Shown: positions 16,484-22,654 of the stretch, piece by piece
Numbering within the stretch: position 1 is the first letter of the stretch
Layout: every line of letters begins with the position of its first letter
DNA from: a virus
Lineage: Duplodnaviria > Heunggongvirae > Uroviricota > Caudoviricetes
IMG/VR virus record: IMGVR_UViG_3300034279_001376
Coordinates: 108,776 to 131,429 of that record
Reading direction: 5' to 3' (one strand)
DNA: 22,654 nt
Notes under the pieces: generated by a model
Told to the model about the DNA's origin: nothing
What the model saw: the letters and a program-made list of their open reading frames with translations, nothing else
The model's database searches: none
Program-made: the position numbers and the translations under genes

Positions 16484-17007
16484 GATTAACAGCATTATTT
16501 TTATTATTTGCTTTTACAGCAAATACACAGTCTATTAAAGACTACATCATTAAGTACGAGGCTTATTGCAACGAACTGGTTCCAGATACAGTAACCCAAT
16601 ATGGAAAAGTAACCAAAGAATGCTACCCGGTTTACAATAAAGAAGGAGTATTGACTTCTTATTTTTGTGTAAACAAAGACACTACTTGGCTACCAGTAAA
16701 ATGTGAAATATTCAAAGACAGAGGACTTAGTATTGGTTATAGTTCTGGAATTATTACTAATGGGCAGTTTGGGACTGGGATTACTTTAACTAGAAATGGG
16801 GTAACAAACGATGGAAAAACTTTACGGATTTATTCCAATGAAATAGCGGAAGAAGAGATTACACGTTTACATGTTTGCATGGTTAAAAGGCAACCCATAG
16901 AACCATTTGGTTGGGATTTTTGGAATTTTATAAAACCCACTGATGAAACAATACAGGTTTTTCTTTCATTATCGAAAGCAAACAGAAAGTATGACAGTGC
17001 ATTTTAG
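16480..17007 (+). CDS. Putative exported protein with a Sec signal peptide
   Basis: Likely start is ATG 16480 (ATGA overlap): MRLTALFLLFAFTANT-Q, i.e. basic n-region, hydrophobic core, A-N-T cleavage before Gln. Confidence 0.65.
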   Translation: MRLTALFLLFAFTANTQSIKDYIIKYEAYCNELVPDTVTQYGKVTKECYPVYNKEGVLTSYFCVNKDTTWLPVKCEIFKDRGLSIGYSSGIITNGQFGTGITLTRNGVTNDGKTLRIYSNEIAEEEITRLHVCMVKRQPIEPFGWDFWNFIKPTDETIQVFLSLSKANRKYDSAF

Positions 17008-17152
17008 AGGAAAATGTTACCCTTGTAAAATAGTAAACTGTTTAGTTGCTTGTCATACTAAATACAATATTGCTCAACCAAAACTTGTTTTGAGAGGTTG
17101 GTGTACTGAAATTAAAATCAGTAAAGATTCAAATACTATAACTATACAATAA
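16943..17152 (+). CDS. Conserved phage hypothetical protein
   Basis: FFFHYRK..MTVHFRGKCY..C..QPKLVLRG pattern. Confidence 0.65.
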   Translation: MKQYRFFFHYRKQTESMTVHFRGKCYPCKIVNCLVACHTKYNIAQPKLVLRGWCTEIKISKDSNTITIQ

Positions 17153-17481
17153 TGGAAGAAACTATTAAATTTGAAACTGCAAAACTAGCAGAAGAAAAAG
17201 GTTATAAGTTTGAGTATATAGGGGGCACTCTAGTCAGTGTCCCAATTCAGAGTGTTCTACAAAGGTGGTTAAGATGTGAACATGACATTCACATAGCAAT
17301 ATTGTACACGGGAGAATTTGATGAAGATTTTGATTATCATTATGAAATACTTTATTTCCAAGGCAATGAAAAAAATAAGTACTTAAATGCAAAACGCATT
17401 ACTTACACGGATAATCATGGTTGTGCTTCTTACGAAATAGCATTAGAAAAAGCACTATTTAAATCATTAGAATTAATATGA
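17152..17481 (+). CDS. Hypothetical protein, paralog of 17478-17948
   Basis: FETAKLAEEKG..PIQSVLQRWLR..HDIHI..YEIALEKAL..SLELI. Confidence 0.75.
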   Translation: MEETIKFETAKLAEEKGYKFEYIGGTLVSVPIQSVLQRWLRCEHDIHIAILYTGEFDEDFDYHYEILYFQGNEKNKYLNAKRITYTDNHGCASYEIALEKALFKSLELI

Positions 17482-17948
17482 AAGAAGATATTACAGGGTT
17501 TGAAGTAGCAAAACTTGCTGCTGAAAAAGGTTTTGACTGGAAGACTAAACATTGGTATGACCAAACTGGAACTTTAAACCCAACTAAAGGTATGAGAGGT
17601 TCAATGAGTTATGAGAGAGTTGCTTACGCTCCTAGTCAGTTCTTACTTCAAAAATGGTTACGTGAAGTACACAATATTCACATAACTGTAAATTTTCATA
17701 GTCATCCTCAATTAGAAAAAGATTGGTATGAAATGTGGATTTCAAGCAAACATAATGATTTTAGAGGGCACAACCTACTGCTTATGAAACGAATTGAAGC
17801 AAGAGCAAAGAAAGTAAATTGGCTTGATTCCCCCGAAGAATATGGAATGTTTCCAACACATCAACAAGCATTAGAATCAGGATTACTTTACTCACTAAAT
17901 TTAATAACATGTTTGAAAGACACCATCACAGACAACACCCACACTTAG
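17478..17948 (+). CDS. Hypothetical protein, paralog of 17152-17481
   Basis: FEVAKLAAEKG..PSQFLLQKWLRE.HNIHI..HQQALESGL..SLNLI. Confidence 0.75.
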   Translation: MKEDITGFEVAKLAAEKGFDWKTKHWYDQTGTLNPTKGMRGSMSYERVAYAPSQFLLQKWLREVHNIHITVNFHSHPQLEKDWYEMWISSKHNDFRGHNLLLMKRIEARAKKVNWLDSPEEYGMFPTHQQALESGLLYSLNLITCLKDTITDNTHT

Positions 17949-18121
17949 TTCTTGAAAAGCCAGATCATATTACTGACGAAGAATGGGTGGCTATGAGAAA
18001 TGTACAAAAGAAAATAGCAGTATGGGACCCAGAGAGAGATATAGAAATTCCAGAAAATCCAGAACCTTTAAACTTAAAATTCGATGATACAACGGCTCAT
18101 ATCTACGTTAACAATAGGTAA
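17909..18121 (+). CDS. Hypothetical protein
   Basis: 70-aa ORF with a His-rich N-terminus. Confidence 0.55.
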   Translation: MFERHHHRQHPHLVLEKPDHITDEEWVAMRNVQKKIAVWDPERDIEIPENPEPLNLKFDDTTAHIYVNNR

Positions 18122-18500
18122 GAAGGGATTTTTTTTACTGTTTGCTTTGGCAAATGCAGATTTTCTCTTAAAAATGTGGGCAAGAAAACAACCAGAAGAA
18201 TGGGTAGGTTTTCTTTATCCTTGTCAACATGCTCTCCCAATAACTCTTCACTACTTTATAGCAATAGTACTGGCAGCAGTGTTTTGTATTATTGTCAAAG
18301 TAGACAAAGAGCATTTGTTCTGGCATTGGCTATGGATTATAGGGGCTTTGTCTAACTTAACTGAACGAGCAATTTACGGAAGTGTAACAGACATGATACC
18401 TATTCAACTCTTCGGGACAAAGTGGGTCATTTTCAACCTAGCAGATGTTTACCTTTTGGGAATATTTGTAACATATAAAAATATATGGAAAAAAACTTAA
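18084..18500 (+). CDS. lspA: Lipoprotein signal peptidase II (LspA, peptidase A8)-like membrane protein
   Basis: About 4 hydrophobic segments; D..LK in TM1; GALSNLTER..GSVTDMI and IFNLAD match LspA GA.GN..DR..G.V.DF and FN.AD, including both catalytic Asp positions (D103, D121). Confidence 0.8.
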   Translation: MIQRLISTLTIGKKGFFLLFALANADFLLKMWARKQPEEWVGFLYPCQHALPITLHYFIAIVLAAVFCIIVKVDKEHLFWHWLWIIGALSNLTERAIYGSVTDMIPIQLFGTKWVIFNLADVYLLGIFVTYKNIWKKT

Positions 18501-18829
18501 AATTTAAAGACTACGCAGACATGGAACAGATTTTTAACATTTTTGTGCTAATGTCCAAACCAGACTTGCTTACTATGTATTTGGCAGCAAAAGCAGAAAC
18601 TGGCATTGACCCTATTGAATCTTTTACTTGGAGAAAATACCGAGTTAGAAAATACAAAAAGGTTTGGTTGGATTTTATTTTTCCTGCATACAAATACGAA
18701 GGTCACAAAGGAACCATAATTTTTGCATACCTTTGTAACGGAGATTGGAAAAAGAGACTAATAAATCTCACAGTTTTGGAAAAAGAATTTATCAGTAGAT
18801 TAAACAGATTATTGGATGATAAAATATAA
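18485..18829 (+). CDS. Hypothetical protein
   Basis: 114-aa basic/aromatic ORF. Confidence 0.6.
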   Translation: MEKNLKFKDYADMEQIFNIFVLMSKPDLLTMYLAAKAETGIDPIESFTWRKYRVRKYKKVWLDFIFPAYKYEGHKGTIIFAYLCNGDWKKRLINLTVLEKEFISRLNRLLDDKI

Positions 18830-18843
18830 ATCAATACTAAAAG

Positions 18844-19098
18844 ATGCAAATAGTTAAAAGTCTTACAGTAATAACCAAGGCTAGAAAGCAGTATCCTTGT
18901 GATGGGTTTTCCTTTTTGTTAGACACGCCATTTGATTCTGTGTATGAACCTAGGTTTAATCAATTACCAGAAGTTATTCTAAAAGGAGAAGAGTATTACT
19001 ACTTGAAGAAAAAAACTGAAACAGGAATGCAAGGAAGAAAAGTAAACCAAGAAGTTTACAAATTTTTATTAGAACTTAATTTAATTACATTTATATGA
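18844..19098 (+). CDS. Hypothetical protein
   Basis: KARKQYPCD..ILKGEEY resembles a common small phage family (KARK.H.C..I..GE.Y). Confidence 0.65.
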   Translation: MQIVKSLTVITKARKQYPCDGFSFLLDTPFDSVYEPRFNQLPEVILKGEEYYYLKKKTETGMQGRKVNQEVYKFLLELNLITFI

Positions 19099-19520
19099 AG
19101 TTTATCAATTACAAATTTGTCCAAGAAAATAATGGACAAGAAACTATTTGTGCTCTCAATTTAGAAAATGTGGCACAAGTAACCCCTGTTAAAAATGATG
19201 AAGGGTTTGTGAAATTTCTCCAAATTCTTACAGATTTACCAACAGAGCAAGGTTTTAAATCTTATCCTGTTAACGGTACAGTGGATTCTGAGGGAAGAAT
19301 CAAAATGAACCGTAAAGGTGAGGCTGAGATTAAATTTGTCAACAAATCCACTCAAACCCATTTTTTTATTTTGATTCGTGATGAAGCAGACATTAAAAGG
19401 TTAATGCCTGTTTTTGGGATTGATCCTAGTGAATTTAAGTATTTGAGTGAAATGCCAGCACCAGAGGTTGTACCAGAGGTTGTACCAGAAGCGGAAATAA
19501 TCCCAATGGTAGAAGGTTAA
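19095..19520 (+). CDS. Hypothetical protein with an acidic PEVV-repeat tail
   Basis: Last + strand gene before the terminator. Confidence 0.7.
   Translation: MKFINYKFVQENNGQETICALNLENVAQVTPVKNDEGFVKFLQILTDLPTEQGFKSYPVNGTVDSEGRIKMNRKGEAEIKFVNKSTQTHFFILIRDEADIKRLMPVFGIDPSEFKYLSEMPAPEVVPEVVPEAEIIPMVEG
19461..19489 (+). repeat. 12-bp tandem repeat (CCAGAGGTTGTA x2 plus CCAGA)
   Basis: Perfect in-frame duplication encoding PEVV-PEVV-PE. Confidence 0.9.
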
Positions 19521-19558
19521 AAAAGAAAGGGGGTGTCTTATACAGGCACTCCCTTTCT
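19519..19558 (-). terminator. Intrinsic terminator between the convergent arms (possibly bidirectional)
   Basis: 15-bp stem AGAAAGGGGGTGTCT-TATAC-AGGCACTCCCTTTCT (19524-19558); the A-run at 19519-19524 gives a U-tract on the - strand. Confidence 0.85.
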
Positions 19559-19589
19559 AGGATTAAAAAAATTTCCTGACGACTAAACC

Positions 19590-19964
19590 TTACGCATCAG
19601 GATTTAATACTGGGTCTGTTGGTTTTAAACGTGCCTCACGTACTTTACGCAAAGTCACAGCCAACTGACCAGCCAATTTAACAAACTCAAGTGTGAGTTC
19701 TTCTGCAAGGTCATTACGAAGTTCTAGTTCACTCTGGATGAGTGCTGAAACTTCTGCAACTTCTGCTGCGGAAAGATCACCTAGTTCACTAGGAATAAGG
19801 TTTGCATCTTTAATGGCTGCACCTGCTACCTTTAGGGGGGATAGGACAAAGGCTGCATCAAACATGTTTACTTTACCATCTTCCAAGGCAGATGTACCTG
19901 CACTTACAAGCCTACAAGCAAATGTTACCATCTCGCTTGTCTGAATAATACCAAATTTTTCCAT
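19590..19964 (-). CDS. 124-aa helical hypothetical protein at the end of the lysis operon
   Basis: Start chosen at ATG 19964 (MEKFGII..), 20 nt after the metacaspase stop; Ala/Leu/Glu-rich amphipathic helices; EDGKVNMFD motif. Confidence 0.75.
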   Translation of the reverse strand: MEKFGIIQTSEMVTFACRLVSAGTSALEDGKVNMFDAAFVLSPLKVAGAAIKDANLIPSELGDLSAAEVAEVSALIQSELELRNDLAEELTLEFVKLAGQLAVTLRKVREARLKPTDPVLNPDA

Positions 19965-19984
19965 AATTGTGTAAAATTTAAAAA

Positions 19985-20686
19985 TTACAGTACAAAGGTA
20001 CTCCAATCAAACTTAGTACCATAGGATTTAAAGTTAATTTTTTGTTGTGTGACCAATTCAGAGGCTGCTTTGGTCCAACTAAGCAAAGGATGCCCTGTGT
20101 AAGTCTTAAACATAGTCTCCGTAAACAATCCATTTACCTCACCGTCTAAGGCTGGTTGTGACTCAGCAGATGCGTTTATGGAAAGAAAACTACACTTCAA
20201 AATCCTAGATTTAATAGGAATAGGAGCCGGAATAGGTAAAGTGGCTTTAATGGATTTTCTAATTCCTAAAGCATTTCTATGGACTCCACCACTAAAGCAA
20301 CAGTCAAAAATTCCCACAACTTTGATACCTTTTTTGATAGTGGCCAAGTTGTTGTTAAAATTCTTGTCCAAGAAAATCCGATTGTAAAAGCAAAATGCTT
20401 CATCCAATTCATCCTTCTCAGATTTCGAGGTTGAGGGGACTTGAGTTCCATGACCTGAATACATAATGTAAATGGTGTCTCCCTCAACTGCTTTTACTTT
20501 AACCGAGTGTAAACACCCTAGGAAATTTTCAGGAGTTGCTTCTTCGTTCAAAAGGACTTGAAATTCATCCGGTTTTATCAGATTTATCCAAGTGTTTACA
20601 TCATTGATACAACCTCTCAGGGCTCCATCAGTTCCATAATATTCAGGGTCTATTTTGTTCAGACCCATAAGAATTGCGTATTTCAT
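19985..20686 (-). CDS. Metacaspase / caspase-like cysteine peptidase (C14)
   Basis: YAILMGLN, LRGCINDV, EATPENF, YSGHG (His79), ELDEAF, IFDCCFSG (Cys130), and a p10-like ASAESQPALD..GLFT. Confidence 0.92.
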   Translation of the reverse strand: MKYAILMGLNKIDPEYYGTDGALRGCINDVNTWINLIKPDEFQVLLNEEATPENFLGCLHSVKVKAVEGDTIYIMYSGHGTQVPSTSKSEKDELDEAFCFYNRIFLDKNFNNNLATIKKGIKVVGIFDCCFSGGVHRNALGIRKSIKATLPIPAPIPIKSRILKCSFLSINASAESQPALDGEVNGLFTETMFKTYTGHPLLSWTKAASELVTQQKINFKSYGTKFDWSTFVL

Positions 20687-20701
20687 ATTATACCTGTTGG
20701 T

Positions 20702-21370
20702 TTACATAATTTTGTCCCAATCAAAAATAGGAGACAAGTCAAACTTGTTCAGCCTAAAATCTGTATGAGTTGTGATGCCTTTGAAATTAATGACTTCATT
20801 AGAATATCCTTTAGTGTATCTTACATTAGGGATTGCGTAAAGGGCACAAAGTTTGTTCTTAATCAATTTAAGGCTTACATATTGAGCCTCAGTGTACTTT
20901 GAGAAGTATCTAACATTTACATTGCCAAATCTTTTCCAAGGTTTGCTTTCCTCGTATAAATGTGTGTCAGTCATTTTACAATGTGGTCTTCCTAAGTAAT
21001 TGAAAAGAATATCTCCTTTACGTACTAGAAATCCCCAATTGCTCAGTTCTATTCCTATACTTATACGAGATTGAGCCTCATTACCTCCTAAAGCACCTTT
21101 ACCCAGATGCCACGCCCAAAATCTAGGATGGTGCAGCATGACTATTTTTCCTTGAGGAGAAATAAGAAAAGCAACACTTACTGTGCTAGATAAAAGAGTA
21201 ATAAGATCCCCTTCAAACCCGCCAGCAGTGTGATGAATTACTATTTTGGATTTTCTACCCGCCTCATTAAAGAAGTGCTTAGTGAGTTTATTGTTTGAAT
21301 AAACTTCTATTCCATTGTAATTAGTGAGTGCAAACCCGTAATTTGCGAGGATTACTTCTTCACTTTTCAT
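20702..21370 (-). CDS. Endolysin, N-acetylmuramoyl-L-alanine amidase (Amidase_2)
   Basis: IVIHHTAG, AWHLG, SIGIEL, YTEAQY..L, ITTHTD..KFD zinc-amidase motifs; adjacent to holin-like genes. Confidence 0.92.
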   Translation of the reverse strand: MKSEEVILANYGFALTNYNGIEVYSNNKLTKHFFNEAGRKSKIVIHHTAGGFEGDLITLLSSTVSVAFLISPQGKIVMLHHPRFWAWHLGKGALGGNEAQSRISIGIELSNWGFLVRKGDILFNYLGRPHCKMTDTHLYEESKPWKRFGNVNVRYFSKYTEAQYVSLKLIKNKLCALYAIPNVRYTKGYSNEVINFKGITTHTDFRLNKFDLSPIFDWDKIM

Positions 21371-21621
21371 TTGTTAGATTGATCTATTTCAGGAAACTGG
21401 TACTCGGCTGCTTTTTGAGAAGTCCTTGGTGAAATCCCTGCCACTATACTTCCTAAGATAATAATAATAGTGTTGTCCACACTTTGATTGATGTTAATTA
21501 CGTCAGTGCTAAACAAAAGTAAAGTCCCACAAATTAATGTTTGAACTACCACATAAGTAATAGGGTTGCTTATCTTGAGTTTGTCAAGATAAAAAGCAAG
21601 AAATATTTGCACATTTTCCAT
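21367..21621 (-). CDS. Holin-like small membrane protein (2 TM)
   Basis: 84 aa, two hydrophobic segments and a hydrophilic C-tail; ATGA overlap with the amidase. Confidence 0.6.
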   Translation of the reverse strand: MENVQIFLAFYLDKLKISNPITYVVVQTLICGTLLLFSTDVININQSVDNTIIIILGSIVAGISPRTSQKAAEYQFPEIDQSNK

Positions 21622-21623
21622 AA

Positions 21624-21980
21624 TTATTTTTCTTTATTGTTGTTGTTACTTTTTGCAAAGGTATCTAAAATCTCAGAAACAATCTTGTTAAGTGTTTCTT
21701 TCCAAGGAAACTCTAAAGCAAGCCTCATTATAGTCATTCCCATTAAACCGCATATAAATGAAACAAAGGAAATGTTAAGAAAAGAAAAATGCTCTACAAT
21801 TTCAGGGCTTGCATACACCGAGAATATCACCCCCATTAAAAATTCTAAGAAATTGGACACAGTTTCTCTTTTTAAATACACATGCGAGTATATAAAATAT
21901 ACTGCACCTCCCATTATAGCATCTTTATAAGGGACAAGGAAAGACAGGATGCTGTCTATAAATTCAACGATTCTAGTCAT
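21624..21980 (-). CDS. Holin-like membrane protein (about 3 TM)
   Basis: Start ATG 21980 (ATGA overlap with the upstream stop), 118 aa; three hydrophobic segments and a charged C-tail (SNNNNKEK). Confidence 0.65.
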   Translation of the reverse strand: MTRIVEFIDSILSFLVPYKDAIMGGAVYFIYSHVYLKRETVSNFLEFLMGVIFSVYASPEIVEHFSFLNISFVSFICGLMGMTIMRLALEFPWKETLNKIVSEILDTFAKSNNNNKEK

Positions 21981-22471
21981 ATAATTATTTTTATGTCGTG
22001 TGGAGCAGGATAAATACCTCCAAACCAAGGTCTTATTTCTCTGCAAAAATTGGTTGTTTTACCATCTGCAAAGGTATAATTATTTTTACTACTAAATAAA
22101 GCCTTATTTCCTTCAAAGTTAATTTTTGCTTGTCCCCGACACATTAATTTATTATTTTCTTTAATTAAAGGCAAAGATTGGAGCAACCCAGATAAATGAT
22201 CTCCTTTTGGGTTGTTTACATACCAGTAGATTCCTATTTTATCTGTGTCCCAAGACCAACCTATCATGTAAGACCAGCCTTTGTTTGCAGGAGTACCGGG
22301 TGAAAAATCTACCCCACCTAGTTTATTAATACCTGCATAACCATTTTTGTGATAATATTCCGCACTTGAATCAAACTCAAAGTTTATTACTATTTCTGGT
22401 TTTCTAAACCAAACCTTAGGTAAATAAAGATTACAGGCATGATTTCCCTTTTTATGAATTATAGTTCTCAT
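21977..22471 (-). CDS. Beta-rich conserved hypothetical protein
   Basis: INKLGG..GWSW..IYWYVN..PWFGG..PAPHDIKI resembles a Bacteroidota family with NKL.G..GWR..YFGG..APHD. Confidence 0.7.
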   Translation of the reverse strand: MRTIIHKKGNHACNLYLPKVWFRKPEIVINFEFDSSAEYYHKNGYAGINKLGGVDFSPGTPANKGWSYMIGWSWDTDKIGIYWYVNNPKGDHLSGLLQSLPLIKENNKLMCRGQAKINFEGNKALFSSKNNYTFADGKTTNFCREIRPWFGGIYPAPHDIKIII

Positions 22472-22472
22472 A

Positions 22473-22652
22473 TTATTTTCTAAAAATTATTAATACATAT
22501 CCATTTCCTCCATTACCTCCTCTACCAGAATTAAATCCATTCAAAGAAGCAGCACCACCTCCGCCACCTCCACCTCTAAGAGCATCACCACCTCTGCCAG
22601 CAGTTGTGGCAGAAGAACTTCCACCACCAGCACCAGCACCAGCGTAGTAAGC
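22473..22652 (-). CDS. C-terminal end of a glycine-rich tail/fiber-type protein (5'-truncated by the window)
   Basis: AYYAGAGAGGGSSSATTAGRGGDALRGGGGGGGAASLNGFNSGRGGNGGNGYVLIIFRK*, the typical GG..GG.G.V.I terminus of phage Gly-rich tail domains. Confidence 0.8.
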   Translation of the reverse strand, partial: AYYAGAGAGGGSSSATTAGRGGDALRGGGGGGGAASLNGFNSGRGGNGGNGYVLIIFRK

Positions 22653-22654
22653 AC

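Noticed and set aside
17152-17948. Diversity-generating retroelement TR/VR pair
   Set aside because: The paralogs are only loosely similar at DNA level, differences are not adenine-specific, and no reverse transcriptase is present.
19590-19964. Gasdermin as the metacaspase partner
   Set aside because: It is too short and appears all-helical, with no N-terminal palmitoylated Cys and no beta-hairpin pore-forming pattern.
19693-21930. Alternative-frame ORFs over the late arm (19693-19944, 20178-20387, 20266-20487, 20558-20902, 21541-21930)
   Set aside because: They overlap the metacaspase, amidase, holin or 124-aa genes and have no recognisable content.
1-22654. Stop-codon reassignment (TAG/TGA recoding)
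   Set aside because: Coding density is near-complete under code 11, recognised families are full length, and TGA stops repeatedly overlap downstream ATGs.
1-22654. tRNA, rRNA, CRISPR array, integrase or IS element
   Set aside because: No intergenic space or cloverleaf motifs, no regularly spaced direct repeats, and no recombinase or transposase motifs were seen.

Overview
This AT-rich window looks like part of a large tailed phage genome, probably infecting Bacteroidota. The host inference rests on a TAnnTTTG promoter consensus and A-rich leaders that mostly lack Shine-Dalgarno motifs. Bases 1-19520 are a dense + strand arm of accessory genes, many coupled by ATGA/TAATG overlaps. It contains an rIIA-like fragment and rIIB, a glycosylase-like protein, MazG, a dATP/dGTP diphosphohydrolase (DUF5664-like), DUF932, NinG, a free-standing GIY-YIG endonuclease, a HAD phosphatase, a degenerate IMPDH/GMP-reductase-like protein, an LspA-like membrane peptidase and many hypotheticals. 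Bases 19590-22654 are a convergent - strand late arm: the end of a Gly-rich tail-type protein, a beta-rich hypothetical, two holin-like proteins, an amidase endolysin, an intact metacaspase (C14) and a helical hypothetical. A strong hairpin terminator separates the arms. The most notable observations are the metacaspase inside the lysis cassette, the IMPDH/GMPR homolog lacking its catalytic Cys loop, the signal-peptidase-II homolog, and the GIY-YIG enzyme with Lys at its catalytic Arg position. All family calls are from motif recognition by eye; no searches were run.
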